64,000 bases of DNA. Origin: Macrostomum lignano (Eukaryota). The DNA is taken from positions 1 through 64,000 of the forward strand of contig NIVC01001097.1 in assembly GCA_002269645.1 (NCBI GenBank). Reading direction: 5' to 3'. Both the position numbers and the translations under genes were made by a program. The notes beneath the pieces were generated by a model. The model was given only the letters and a program-made list of their open reading frames with translations. It had not been told where the DNA came from and ran no database searches. This document shows positions 40,827-54,072 of the stretch, in pieces. Every line of letters starts with the position of its first letter. The first letter of the stretch is position 1.

Positions 40827-42107
40827 TCACGTGTCGGGCGAGTCGGCGGCAGCAACGGCAGCCGGAGTTTCTGCCGTCGGGCTCGTCGGCGATGTTGCCG
40901 TGGTCGCTGGTGTGGGCGGCTTGGGACTGGGGAAGAGGCCGCTTGGCGGGATCAGCGGCAGCTGCGGCCGCGATAGCGGGAATGTTGGCGGCGGCTGAGG
41001 CTGTGACGGTGGCGACTGCTGGGCGGTTGTGCATCTGGGCGGCGGTGGCAGAGCGCCGAGAGGCGGCGGTGCAGCGGAGGCGACAGCGGCAGCAGCACTG
41101 GCGCGGCAGATCATGTCCATGTTGGCGATGACCTGATGCGCGCCCGGGTGGAAGGCCCAGTAGGGATTGGTCTGCAGGATGCGCTGCACCGCGGCAAAGT
41201 TGCCGGCCTCGGCCAGAAGTTCCAGACCGACCGCTGTCTGCCGTTTCCACTTCGTCCTGGGCGGTGGGGTTTAGAAAATCATTTTTGCTTTTGTTTGCTT
41301 TGTAGCTTGAGAAATGGGCCCTTAACTAATAAAGGTGCTGATATTAATGACAGTCTCACCTGCGATTCTGGTACCAGGTCTTGACTTGAGTATCGGTTAG
41401 ATTCAGCCTCGCCGCCAGCTCCATCCGGTCCTGCACGCTGAGGTATTTCTGCCTTTCAAACGCCCGCTCTAGCTCGTTCAGCTGGTTGTCCGAGAAGGCG
41501 GTGCGCGCCTTGCGCGGCTTCTTTGCTTTCTGATCCCGGTGGTGCATTCCTGTATTGGAAAGATCGAAGTTAATAAATTAGATATAACTACCACCAGTTT
41601 AGCTCAATCTTGGGAATTTTATCCACCCGAAAGCCCGCACTCACTGGCTTCGTGTCCGCCGCTTCTGTCGCCAGCGTGCCCTGCAAACTTTTCACCAGCG
41701 CCGCCTCCGCCAGCCGCCCCGGAACCGCGCGACCACTTCGCCTCCAGCAGATCGTCGTCTTCTTCGTCGTCCATCTCGTCGTCGTCTTCATCATCCTCGA
41801 TGACGGCGTCTTCGGGCTCGCCAATCGAGCGTCTGCGCTCGTCCCCGCTGCCACCGTCGCCAGCGCTGTTATTGTTTGAGTCGCCGCCCAGGATGTCAGT
41901 GATCATGAAACCGGTTGTCCGCCTGCGGACCTGTACGGAGGGCCGTGTTACCATTACTGCCGCAGCCGCTGCAGCGGCCGCCGACACTATAGCTTCGGCC
42001 TTTTCTGTGGCTTGCTCCACTGCGTCCTCGGTAGCAGCTTCGGTTGTCTCTGCGTTGTCGCGATATTCCGCTGACATTGTGGCTGTTAGGCGTCTCACTG
42101 CCGGCAT
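40827..42107 (-). CDS. barhl: BarH-like homeobox transcription factor, 3 exons, ~360 aa
   Basis: Exons 42107-41645, 41549-41360 and 41256-40827 join in frame. eh1 motif FMITDIL; homeodomain [59 protein letters not shown] with Bar-type Tyr49, then [13 protein letters not shown]. Start codon choice is uncertain. Confidence 0.95.
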
Positions 42108-42582
42108 GCTGCTGTCTGCTGAGCTGCTTCGCTGGCTTCGGCTAGAGGGAATATCAGTTGCGATTTCTACCAGCAACAACGATTTTGGTGCGATGAGTAG
42201 CGAGCTCTTGAGGCCACTTTTTATGTTCGGGAGGAAGGGGTCGTTTGAGAAGGGGGTTGGGCGGCGCTGGGGATGGGGTTGCTGGCTTGGGGTGGGAGGC
42301 CCGCGTTGATGGGAAATATTTCCGCTCGGCTTGTCTGATTTGCTCGGCCGCAAATGGGCTCGGGGGAGGAGGCGGTGCGGAGCTGCTGGCGGATGAGGTG
42401 ACGAAGATAGGACACTTTTCCTGGCCGCTTGTACAATTCCGTCAGTCAGTGAAGGGAAAGCTTTTATCGCCGACTCTGAGACCTCTTGATAAAGCGGCGG
42501 GGGCCACACTCCTCACTTAATCAGGGGAAGAGAGCTGGGTGGGGCGCGGAATGGGAACTGGATGGGACGCCCCCGTGTGGTC

Positions 42583-42632
42583 GCCCAATCAGAACTAATT
42601 GCTATTGGCTGCAAGCCGGCGCTATCCAATCA
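42583..42632. promoter_or_regulatory. Cluster of three CCAAT boxes upstream of the BarH-like gene
   Basis: cccaatc, ctattggc and tccaatc within ~50 bp. Confidence 0.45.
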
Positions 42633-45600
42633 TGGCCAGATTAAGTGAGCTTTGATCAGCTTTTACTGCTGTCGATTATCGGCTGTGGAGAGTCGACACT
42701 GATGGGGAAGCCGAGGGGCCGCCTGTCAGCTGTGATTTGCAAACGGTCTCTCCCTCCCGGAGACTGGCTCAGAAGTGTCTCTCGTTTCTAAGCCCCTCTC
42801 TTTCTTTTCCTGTCTCTTCACACACAATTCTCAGCGTCTTTTAAGTGGGCAAAGGAATTAGGGGAAGAGTTGCTGCCCCCGCCTGGGTCCTCTTTCTATT
42901 CCCCTTTCCCTCATCCCGCGTCCCCCAGCGGATTTCCTCGCTGCCACTTCCAGCTATTCCTATTTTCTATCCCAGAAGTGGCCAGTCCCCCTTCGGAGAC
43001 TCATTCGCTCCTGGCGGGTCGGGGTTGGCGTGGCCGCTCGACCATGCGAAATTGTCACGGCCGCTCTGTCTGGCTTGCCATTTTCCCCGGCTGTATCGCT
43101 TGAAGGCTTGTAAAAATGAGGCAGGGCCGAATTTGTGCAAAGCAATAGCACAGTAGTCCGGTCCGGCTTGTCCTCCGCCAGTTAAAAGCGCCTAGAATTT
43201 GAATTGTAGAAATTATGCGACGATCGCATAGGAAAAGCTTCCCTATTTTGTTTAGCAATTTCCTTTGCCTCGCAGTCTCCGTGTTACCGTGTACCACGTG
43301 AAAGTCACAGCAGTTTGCTGCGGTAATTAGCTGTCGGCCCCGATCTGCAATTGTCGATATTGACCCTTGGGGTTCTCGCGAGTGACGCCCGCGTCAAGGA
43401 TGCCTGTCTGAGATTTTGAGCTGGCGAGTGCAGTACAAACTAGCGGATCAACTGGCTGCTGCGAGACCCCATAGCTAATCGAATGCAGCCTCCGGGGGCC
43501 GAGCTCTCTACCCCTGCCATGTCCTGTTTGTGTTCGCCAAATAAATGAAATATTTAGCAATTTAATTAACAAAAAATCAGTCTCTCGGGAGCCTTCTGAT
43601 TATGCTAATTAGCTGCTTGAATCCAGCCATCGGAGCTGTTCAATTTTCGCTTTTCACGATAGGGGCTTTGCACGCCTGAGTTGGCGTGAGTGCCGCCAAT
43701 GCAAACTGACTGCTGCCGCATCCCCGGGGCTCTCGGGCGCTGCCGCGGCTCCTCACTTGTCATGCACGGCGCGGGTTGGGAGGGGCTTATCAGGCCATCA
43801 GGCCTGTCTACACTCTGTAGCCCTGGGGCGGCGGCGGCCCGTCGGAGTCTGCGGCATGGCTAGGATTGATGCCGGACCTGGCATCAAGTGTCTGCGACTC
43901 ACCAGCTTCGGGGCGATTCGCCGCAGTGAGACAGAAAGAAATGTATAAAGGTGACACGGACATATCTTTGCTGGGATATTTCTCCCTTGCATCTTTATCC
44001 GGCCAGGGCGCAGTGTCGCGCCTGGTAGCCATGCTATTATCTCTGCGTGTGTTGCTAGTCTCCCTAATCTCCCGCTGATCCCCCGACCTTGTTTCTCGCT
44101 TCCCTGTCAACTCGCCTCTTCGTCTGTGTACATTTCTCTGTCCAGAAATGTCATGCAATTTACTGCACAGCGTGACTGAAAACAAGTTTAGTGCTTTTTC
44201 GCCTCTGAAACTTTAAATAACTTGTTGCCATGCCTAGTTGCAAGCTATAAGGTGCTAATTGATTTGGGAACTCCACTCGTGTAAACAACAAAGTGTGAGC
44301 AAATAAGAAAAGTGCCTCTTTAATCTCCCAAATTGCTTTGTTTGCCTGCGTGTTTTCCACTGTCTACTTTGGCTGCAAATTTAATTGCGACTTCATCGGA
44401 GATGCCATCTTGTCTTTTTGTGTGCGCCCGTCTTCGCATGCACAGCTCATCTCGGCCAAAGTGTCCCACGGGGAATATCTCAATCTGCCGAAATCATGGC
44501 TTCGCTTTTCACTCCGTTTTCCTTGAGTTCTCCTGCTATCAGTTTCTCTCTCTCTCTCGGCCTGAATTGAGCCTAAATTGAGTTGAGTGTGTGACGCATT
44601 GGACAATTTTATATTGCTGGCGCCGTGATCTTTGCTTGGCCCTGGGATGTCTTTCTGTCTGCGACTCTCGACTCCGCTAAGAGGCCGATCATTATCAAGC
44701 AAAATTGTGTTTTTTGTGTTCCACCCCCTCCCCTTATTCTACCCACTTCCCCTTGCTCCATTGATAGCTCGAGTGACTCATAACTGCATGAATATGGCTA
44801 TGAAATGAAAATGTCTCAATTTCGTTATTTCGCTGGAGTCCCGCCCGCCTGCCACCTGTCCAAGTCCCCTACTCCCCTGTCCAATGCCCTGCCTGTCCCC
44901 TGATGGGGAGAATTTCCCCGGAGTTCTCTCAATTCGCCATTATCCCCCTTCCGACGTTTCGCATTTATTGCAGAGCCACTTAGAAGTGATGAGGCCGGGC
45001 TGTTGTAAGATTTTTTTAGTTGTTGTTCCCCGTCCCGCTCGCTTCCCCTGATCATTTATTAACCATGCTGGATTGTCTGCGCACGCCTCATTTCACAGCT
45101 TAGCCCCCCTTAAGTCTGCTAGCGATTGCTGTCTTCTTGTCAGTAGCCAGTTGCCACTGACTCAGCCCCCCCCCCCAATCGAACGCAGTCAGCCGCTTTC
45201 TCACTCCGTTTATTCTTCGGCCCGAGCGCTCATTGCATTGCATTCTCTCCATAGCGGGCCTTGAATTATTAACCTGTCGCCTGACCGCCCGATGCCGTGT
45301 CTCGCGGCAGTGAACATTGTGTTTCGATAAACATCGCAGCCCCGCTAACATGCTGCAGTTATCCCGGTGTTTATTGCCTACCCCGATTGTCTCCGCTTGG
45401 TTGCTGAGCACGCAATTTTCATCTTGGCTGGCTCTGTTCTACCAGTATCGCTCTACCAGCATTGCTAACCTCACTGATTGACTCATTGGCTTCTTTATCC
45501 GCCTGTTTGTGACACTCGGACTCCGGGATGAATCAAAGTTAAGATGCTGAGGCAGACTCGGGGGAGCGTGAGGGCGGCCTGTAATGCGCGCTGCCCACGC

Positions 45601-47850
45601 CCGGCTGCCCCCACTCCGCTATTCTGCATGCCTTAAAAAATAAATCAGCACCGCTTTCTTCCCAGTAAATAGCGCCTCTATTAGAGCGATTTCCCCCGGA
45701 GCCTTATTGTGCACGGCGGGCTGGGTGCGGGGAAAACTGCGCGGAATATAAAAGATTATTAAGATTTCATGCCGGTCGGACAGAGCCTTCTCAGGCTGCT
45801 CAGTTTTGATTCCGCCACCACCTTGCCGGCCTGGCCGGATGCGGATTAATAATTCACTGAAGCCGGTCCGCGGCGCGAAGTAACAAGGCGCGCTAATCAC
45901 TGGTAACTGGCGTGCGGACCGCAGCTTAAGGCTGAGAGAGAAGGGGGGAGAAATCACCGCGCCTTGCGTGATGCAGCTGAGAAGCTGAGTGCGCCTGTGC
46001 TGACTGTATTTGAAACTCTTTTGGCAGCTTCGGGGCCTGATGCGGCCCGTCGCTTAATATCTGTCCGTCTATCCCTTCTTTCTTATGCTCTTCCTCTTCT
46101 GATTAAACTGCCTGAGGGCCTGTTTAGAATTGGGGTCGAAGGCAGAATCAGAGGGGAGGCTGGCTGCCGCATCACTTATTCATCGGCGACTCCGCCAGTT
46201 TCCCGTCTGTTCTGCCCCGTGTCTGTCTGAGCAGCTTTGCAAAGGTGGAAATGTCTTGATTTTGCGTCTCCCCAACCCTCTCGCAGGCTCCCTGTGCCTC
46301 TCATGCGCCATCAATTCTCCCGGTGAATGGGGTCGTAAAGCCGCCCCTCCATCCCAGAGGTAAAGGTGAGTTGGGGTCCTCCGAGGCCAGGAATGTGAGC
46401 AGTCCAAGGCAAGGAGCGCAGGCACAGTTTAAGTATCTTCGCTTGCTCTCAAATTATCAGCGCTTGTCCGGGTCGGACTAAACTGTCCGGTTTTGTTGGC
46501 CGCTTGGGACGGGACAAATCTGGCCTGTTATGCTTGTGCGGCTGGCCATTTTGCACTGGCGCTCAGGAGTGGCTGTCCAGTTTTACAACCGCAGCTTGTG
46601 CCTTTCTTGTCCTCCGGCTTTTGTACCGGCGCAAATGGCCGTTTCGGAGCATTTAATTAACCACAGTCTGTTTACTGCCGTGTCTCGGCTAACTCTTTGA
46701 GGTGAAACCTGCAGCTGCCCGGCCGCGTCTTGGGAAATTAGAGACCAAATCGAAGATTGAGATTGCGATTTGTGAGCTGAGCCAGGAAGTGCCGCAAAAT
46801 GCATCTCGGGATGTAGTGGAGTCGAGCGAAAAAAGATTTAAAAACATTTTGAGCTGAGTTACGTCCTCTGACTACGAGTAACCCTTGGGTTCAGCGATTA
46901 ATTTTGTAACATGTCGGCGCTTCTTAATCCAGCAAAGATAATTTTACGCAAAAGTTTTCTTCAAACCCTAAAAGTAGTTGACAAATTGACAAAAAAGTGA
47001 TCCCTATTTGTTGTTTGATTATAATAGAGTCCCTTCCCAGCTCGCCTGCACTCCACCTGCAAGTATTTCTAGAACCCCATGGCAGAGCAGAAGCGAGCAG
47101 GCTGCTGTCAGGTCTAGCATTAGCAGCAGCATATGGGCTTTGCTGCATTCCATCGCAGAGGCAGGCCTGCAGCTCCTTAGTCGCCGAACTGCTGCTCCTA
47201 GAAGAACAATCGCTGCCCCAGGATGCGGGCCGGTTCGCCGCCCCGACTCTCCGCTGCGCGCCGCAGTCGCAGGCTCTGGCGGCAGGCCGCCAACTTCTCC
47301 AGCCAGATTGACGTGATAAATGACGCGGGGCCGGGGCAGGCCGCCATTCCGACCCGGGGATGAAGGGGAGAGGGGGGCGGCCTCTCCGCCTGAAAGCGCC
47401 GAGGCCTCCTTGATGAAGTGGCCGCCTCCGCGCTTGGCTTCCTACAATCAATGCTCAAAGGAAACGACCTGCTTTGCGGGCCCATTGTGCCGGGTGCGCC
47501 CGCCTGCCTTCATGACCCCCCGGCTCTGCTTTCCCTGTTCCCGGCCAGGCCTGTTGGCAGCTTCCATTGTTAGGCAGAGGCCGGCCTCTTTGCAGGTCGG
47601 GCCTCTAATTAGCTTATTTTCATTTTTACATTGCATTGTAATTGTTCAGCTTTCGGTTCAGTTTGCTGTGTTGTTGCGCCCGCGAATTGCCGCGCCTTTC
47701 TGCGTTATTTTTTTAACTAACCCTGCACATTTGCTTACTATTAGTAGCGAAGCTAGGATATGTTTCTTATTTTATAGATAATATATAAACTGTTTGGAAA
47801 TAGGCGGGGGTAGACCTTATCTGCCCAGCTGTGCACACCGCACTGCAGGC

Positions 47851-48035
47851 TATAAATTGGCCGTCCCCGCGCAGGCTTCTCTTCGTCTGTCCGCGTCTTC
47901 CTTTACGGGAAATCTCTTCTAATTCCGCCGGAGCCTGTTTCTGAGCTTGCTAAAAAACTGTTTTTTTTAACTGGCTTTCTAATAGTTGCTGATTTCTGTC
48001 GTAATTTTCCGCATTTCTTTATCTGCTCAACTTAT
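47851..48035 (+). promoter_or_regulatory. TATA box and probable non-coding first exon of SHMT
   Basis: TATAAA at 47851; pyrimidine-rich initiator-like sequence ~30 nt downstream; GTGAGT donor at 48036; TTTTCACTGCACAG acceptor just upstream of the SHMT ATG. Confidence 0.55.
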
Positions 48036-48081
48036 GTGAGTACACTTCACTTTACTGTAACGAACTTTTAATCAATCAATA

Positions 48082-48952
48082 AGTCAGTCAGTCAGTCAGT
48101 CAGTCAATCAGTCAGACAGTCAGTCAGACAGTCAGTCAGTCAGTCAGTCAGTCAGTCAGTCAGTTAGTCAGTCAGTCAGTCAGTCAGTCAGTCAGTCAGT
48201 CAGTCAGTCAGTCAGTCAGTCAGTCAGTCAGTCAGTCAGTCAGTCAGTCAGTCAGTCAGTCAGTCAGTCAGTCAGTCAGGCAGTCAGTCAATCAGTCAGA
48301 CAGTCAGTCAGACAGTCAGTCAGTCAGTCAGTCAGTCAGTCAGTCAGTTAGTCAGTCAGTCAGTCAGTCAGTCAGTCAGTCAGTCAGTCAGTCAGTCAGT
48401 CAGTCAGTCAGTCAGTCAGTCAGTCAGTCAGTCAGTCAGTCAGTCAGTCAGTCAGTCAGTCAGTCAGTCAATCAGTCTGTCAATCAGTCAGACAGTCAGT
48501 CAGTCAGTCAGTCAGTCAGTCAGTCAGTCAGTCAGTCAGTCAGTCAGTCAGTCAGTCAGTCAGTCAGTCAGTCAGTCAGTCAGTCAGTCAGTCAGTCAGT
48601 CAGTCAATCAGTCTGTCAATCAGTCAGACAGTCAGTCAGACAGTCAGTCAGTCAGTCAATCAGTCTGTCAGTCAGTCAGTCAGAGTCAGTCAGAGTCAGT
48701 CAGACAGTCAGTCAGTCAGTCAGTCAGTCAGTCAGTCAGCCAGTCAGTCAGTCAGTCAGCCAGCCAGTCAGTCATTCAGTCAATCAGTCTGTCAGTCAGT
48801 CAGTCAGAGTCAGTCAGACAGTCAGTCAGTCAGTCAGTCAGTCAGTCAGTCAGACAGTCAGTCAGTCAGTCAGTCAGTCAATCAGTCTGTCAGTCAGTCA
48901 GTCAGTCAGACAGTCAGTCAGTCAGTCAGTCAGTCATTCAGTCAATCAGTCT

Positions 48953-48983
<31 letters not shown>

Positions 48984-49366
48984 AGTCAGTCAGAGTCAGT
49001 CAGACAGTCAGTCAGTCAGTCAGTCAGTCAGTCAGTCAGCCAGTCAGTCAGTCAGTCAGCCAGCCAGTCAGTCATTCAGTCAATCAGTCTGTCAGTCAGT
49101 CAGTCAGAGTCAGTCAGACAGTCAGTCAGTCAGTCAGTCAGTCAGTCAGACAGTCAGTCAGTCAGTCAGTCAGTCAGTCAGTCAGTCAGTCAGTCAGTCA
49201 GTCAGTCAGTCAGACAGTCAGTCAGTCAGTCAGTCAGTCATTCAGTCAATCAGTCTGTCAGTCTGTCAGTCAGTCAGTCAGACAGTCAGTCAGTCAGTCA
49301 GACAGTCAGTCAGACAGTCAGTCAGTCCGTCAGTCAGTCAGTCAGTCAGTCAGTCAGTCAGTCAGA
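48082..49366. repeat. ~1.3-kb (TCAG)n tetranucleotide microsatellite with higher-order variant blocks
   Basis: Read directly; lies in the putative 5'-UTR intron of SHMT. Confidence 0.98.
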
Positions 49367-49537
49367 CTCTGCTGCAAGAGCTGCTCGTGAATGGGTGAAT
49401 CAACAGCGGATTTACAGAGGCTCGGCAGTCCCAGATAGTCCTGTTAATCACCCATTGGGCACGCGCTCCTTCTTAAAGCCCTGCAAGTCAATTCTACCTT
49501 GACCGCCACCGCTTTTCACTGCACAGAAGCCTGGGAG

Positions 49538-52500
49538 ATGACCGCGCCGCTGTCCTCAGTTGACCCCGAGATGCACGCCATCCTGCGCCGGGAGCGCGAG
49601 CGCCAAATGGGCGGCCTGGAGATGATCGCCTCAGAGAATTTCACCAGCGCCGCGGTGCAGCAGGCCCTGGCCTCCTGCATGACCAACAAGTACAGCGAGG
49701 GCCAGGTCGGCAACCGCTACTATGGCGGCAACGAGGTGGTGGACGAGATGGAGTCTATGTGCAAATCCCGAGCTCTGCAGGTGTTCGGTTTGAAATCCGA
49801 GGAGTGGGGCGTCAATGTGCAGGTGGGCTGCTGCAGTAGTATACTGTGCTTACGGCATTGCAGTGGGATTTAAGAATTCAGCATTCCCTGTGGATTGCAT
49901 CATTTCCTGTGGATTGCATCATTCCCTCTGGATTGCATCATTCCCTCTGGATTGCAGCATTCCCCTGTGTACATTGCATCATTCCCTGTGGTTTAAAGCA
50001 TTCCCTGTGCATTGCGTCATTCCCTGTGGATTGTGTCATTCCCTGTGGATTGCATCATTCCCTGTGGATTGCATCATTCCCTGTGGATTGCATCATTCCC
50101 TGTGGATTGCATCATTCCCTGTGGATTGCATCATTCCCTGTGCATTGCATCATTCCCCTGTGTACATTGCAGCATTCCCTGTGGATTGCATCATTCCCTG
50201 TGGATTGCATCATTCCCTGTGCATTGCATCATTCCATGTGGATTGCGTCATTCTCTGCGGATTGCAGCATTCCTTTTGTCATCCCCTATAATACGTGTAC
50301 GCAGAGCATCCCCTGTAGGCTCTCAAGAGTCACCCCACCTTGGCTGCCGCATCCCGCAGGCCCTCTCCGGCTGCCCGGCCAACTTCGCCGTGTACACCGC
50401 GCTGGTTGGGCCGCACGGCCGCATCATGGGCCTGGACCTGCCGGACGGTGGCCACCTCAGCCACGGCTTCCAGACGCCGGCCAAGAAGGTGTCGGCCACC
50501 TCGCTCTATTTCGAGTCCATGTGCTACAAGGTGAGGAGTCCCTGACTGTGGTCTCTGGACACGGTTTGCTGCTCATTGCTGCTCACATCTAATAATGGGT
50601 ACTCACAGCTGTCTTAGCTACTCATGGGTTTCACGGTTTCTCCTGGGTATTCACAGTTTTACAGTTTCTCAGGTATTCACAGTTTCTCATGAGCATTCTG
50701 CACGGTTTCTCAAGGGTATTCACAATTTGACAGTTTCTCAGGTATTCACAGTTTCTCAGGTATTCACAGTTTCTCAGGTATTCACAGTTTCTCAGGTATT
50801 CACAGTTTCTCAGGTATTCACAGTTTCTCAGGTATTCACAGTTTCTCAGGTATTCACAGTTTCTCAGGTATTCACAGTTTCTCAGGTATTCACAGTTTCT
50901 CAGGTATTCACAGTTTCTCAGGTATTCACAGTTTCTTAAGTATTCACAGTTTCTTATAGGTATTCACAGTTTTTCAGGTATTCACAGTTTCTCAGATATT
51001 CACAGTTTCTCATGAGCATTCGCGGTTTCTCATGAACATTCTGCACAGTTTCTCATGTATTCACAGTTTCTTATAGGTATTCAACGTTTCTCATGGGTGC
51101 TTACAGTTTCTTATGGCTACTCACGCTACTTAAAGCTCGTCATTGCGCATCTCCCCAACCCGCAGGTGGACCCGGTCACGGGGCTCATCGATTACGACGC
51201 CCTGGCGGCCAGCGCCCGCCTGTTCCGGCCCAAGCTGATCGTGGCCGGCATGAGCTGCTACTCGCAGCACTTGGACTACGCCCGCTTCCGGCAGATTTGC
51301 GACGAAGTCGGCGCCATCCTCATGGCCGACATGGCCCACGTGTCCGGCCTGGTGGCCGCCGGGGTGGTGCCCTCGCCCTTCGAGCACAGCGACATTGTCA
51401 CCACCACCACGCACAAAAGCCTGCGCGGCCCGCGCTCCGCGCTTATCTTCTACCGCAAAGGTAAACTTGGGCAACTTGTTTTCGATACATGTCGGAATCC
51501 CAGGCGTAGTGCTGAGCGCTGAAGCTGAAAGCTCCTCTATTCGATTTCCCACTGCAGGCACGGTGATGCAGAAAGGCAAAGAGGTGCCGCTCACCTACGA
51601 GCAGCGCATCAACGAGGCCGTCTTCCCCGGACTGCAGGGCGGCCCCCACAACAACGCCATCGCCGCGGTGGCTGTGGCCCTCAAGCAGTGCATGGCGCCG
51701 GACTTCAAGGCTTATCAGCAGCAGGTGAGGCTCTGGTTCAGGTAGCTTTTTAACCCCCCCCCTCCAGATACCCAGTTGCTGGGCCGCCACCCTCCCGGAT
51801 CCCCAGTTGCCTTAATTCCACCGTCCCAGATCCCCAGTTGCCTGAAATCCACCCTCCCAGATCCCCAGTTGCCTTAATTCCACCGTCCCAGATCCCCAGT
51901 TGCCTGAAATCCACCCTCCCAGATCCCCAGTTGCCTTAATTCCACCCTCCCAGATCCCCAGTTGCCTTAATTCCACCCTCCCAGATCCCCAGTTGCCTGA
52001 AATCCACCCTCCCAGATCCCCAGTTGCCTTAATTCCACCCTCCCAGATCCCCAGTTGCCTTAATTCCACCGTCCCAGATCCCCAGTTGCCTGAAATCCAC
52101 CCTCCCAGATCCCCAGTTGCCTTAATTCCACCGTCCCAGATCCCCAGTTGCCTTAATTCCACCCTCCCAGATCCCCAGTTGCCTTAATTCCACCGTCCCA
52201 GATCCCCAGTTGCCTTAATTCCACCCTCCCAGATCCCCAGTTGCCTGAAATCCACCCTCCCAGATCCCCAGTTGCCTTAATTCCACCGTCCCAGATCCCC
52301 AGTTGCCTGAAATCCACCCTCCCAGATCCCCAGTTGCCTTAATTCCACCCTCCCAGATCCCCAGTTGCCTTAATTCCACCTTCCCAGATCCCCAGTTGCC
52401 GGAAATCCACCCTCCCAGATCCCCAGTTGCCGGAAATCCACCCTCCCAGATCCCCAGTTGCCGGAAATCCACCCTTCCAGATCCCCAGTTGCCGGACATC

Positions 52501-53125
52501 CACCCTCCCAGATCCCCAGTTGCCGGAAATCCACCCTTCCAGATCCCCAGTTGCCGGACATCCACCCTCCCAGATCCCCAGTTGCCGGAAATCCACCCTT
52601 CCAGATCCCCAGTTGCCGGGCCACATAGACAAACGCCGCCCACTTCCCCATCGCCCGCAGGTTCTGCTGAACGCCCAGGCGCTGGTGGCCCGACTGAAGG
52701 AGCTCGGCTACTCCATCGTAACTGGCGGCACCGTCAACCACCTCTGCCTCGTGGACTTCCGGCCGCAGGGCGTCGAAGGCGCCCGGGTTGAGAAGTCGCT
52801 GGACCTGGTGGGCATCACCGCCAACAAGAACACCTGCCCCGGCGACCGCAGCGCCCTGCGCCCCAGCGGCCTCCGCCTGGGCACTCCGGCGCTGACCAGC
52901 CGCGGCCTGTGCGAGGCCGACATGCGCCGCGTTGCCGACTTCATCCACCAGGGCGTCCGGCTGGCCATCGACGCCGGGGCCAAGCTGGCCGCACCCGGCC
53001 GGCTGGCCGACTTTGAGCGGCTGCTGCGCGAGGACGCCGAGCTCGGGCCGCGCACCGCCGAGCTGCGCCGCCAGGTGCACGAGTTCGCCAAGGGCTTCGC
53101 CATGCCCGGCCTGGCCGAGTTCTGA
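49538..53125 (+). CDS. SHMT: Serine hydroxymethyltransferase, 5 coding exons, ~460 aa
   Basis: Exons 49538-49822, 50360-50530, 51166-51460, 51558-51724 and 52661-53125 (1383 nt). Motifs [45 protein letters not shown] (PLP lysine), [32 protein letters not shown]. Confidence 0.97.
49865..50275 (+). repeat. 19-bp intronic tandem repeat (CATTCCCTGTGGATTGCAT)n
   Basis: SHMT intron 49823-50359. Confidence 0.93.
50640..51110 (+). repeat. 18-bp intronic tandem repeat (TTCACAGTTTCTCAGGTA)n
   Basis: SHMT intron 50531-51165; 11 consecutive perfect units plus degenerate flanks. Confidence 0.93.
51765..52620 (+). repeat. 31-bp intronic tandem repeat (AATTCCACCCTCCCAGATCCCCAGTTGCCTT)n
   Basis: SHMT intron 51725-52660. 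Confidence 0.95.
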
Positions 53126-54072
53126 CCGCGAGCTTGAAACCCACGAAACCGCTGCGAAATGAACTCTGCTTTGCTAGTTTCCATAGTAACGGTGAATTCC
53201 CTGCCATATCTCCAAACATTGCCCCCGGAATCCTGCGCCTGAGCTCAAAGTGCCGAAGTGTCCAACAGCCTGTGGGATTCGCTGCGCCAGGCTGACTCCC
53301 CTAGCCACTGCACTGCACATTCCTCTGGTTAATTCTCTAATCTTATCCGCTTCCACTGAACTTTCCTACACAGTCTGTCTCTCTGATTCGGCGAACATTT
53401 GCTTATTGTTTTGTTAATTTCCACTAAATTTTTCGGGCCTGTCAGGTGCTGCGTTCTTGCCGCGGAGATTTTCCAGCCGGTTCGAATTTGCTCCGGCTAT
53501 AAATAGCTGGCCGCAGCCCCATGCCCGATAAGCCCAGCGGAGACTCCCGCTCTGCTCTCTGCCCCCCCTGCCTGCCTCCCCTGTAGCGAAAAACTTTTTC
53601 TATCTGCGCCGACGGAATTTTCCTGTGCGCTCATTGCCTTGGAAAAAAATACTTAATAATGCCCAGTGCAGGCTACTATTAGTAGGTTGCGGTTTAATAC
53701 TTTATCTATTCAATACTGCTTGCGAGCGAGTGCATGTTTACAGTTTAGCCTTATCAAATAATGTCAGTTCAGCAGAGCACTGCGACTTTTTCTGTTTTTT
53801 TTTCAAGTTGATTTCACATTCAATCTGGTTCTTTTTGGACTCTGGCATCCTGCTTTTGCATATCGATTTGAGCTTGACAATAAAACGCCGACTCCCTTAA
53901 TCGTGTCTCGTGGCAATTCAACTGCTCCGTCTGGCAAGCGGGTGGTTCTTATTTTCTACTAAAATGAACTCAAATTATTGCTTTGTTAATTAAACATAAT
54001 TTTACTGTCTAGCTATATTTTTACATGCGTGCGTTGAAGAAATGCAGGAAAACAGCAGCTGACAGACCGTGT

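Noticed and set aside
49815-52791. Long Cys/His- or Pro-rich ORFs overlapping SHMT introns
   Set aside because: Translations of intronic minisatellites; the SHMT exons join in frame without them.
52370-53219. Antisense ORFs opposite SHMT exon 5 (similarly opposite Rh, hAT, gag-pol, barhl and the UBL ORF)
   Set aside because: Shadow frames expected from GC3-rich coding sequence.
53498-53900. TATAAATA box followed by a 91-aa plus-strand ORF
   Set aside because: ORF starts at GTG, is AT-rich without codon bias and has no recognisable domain.
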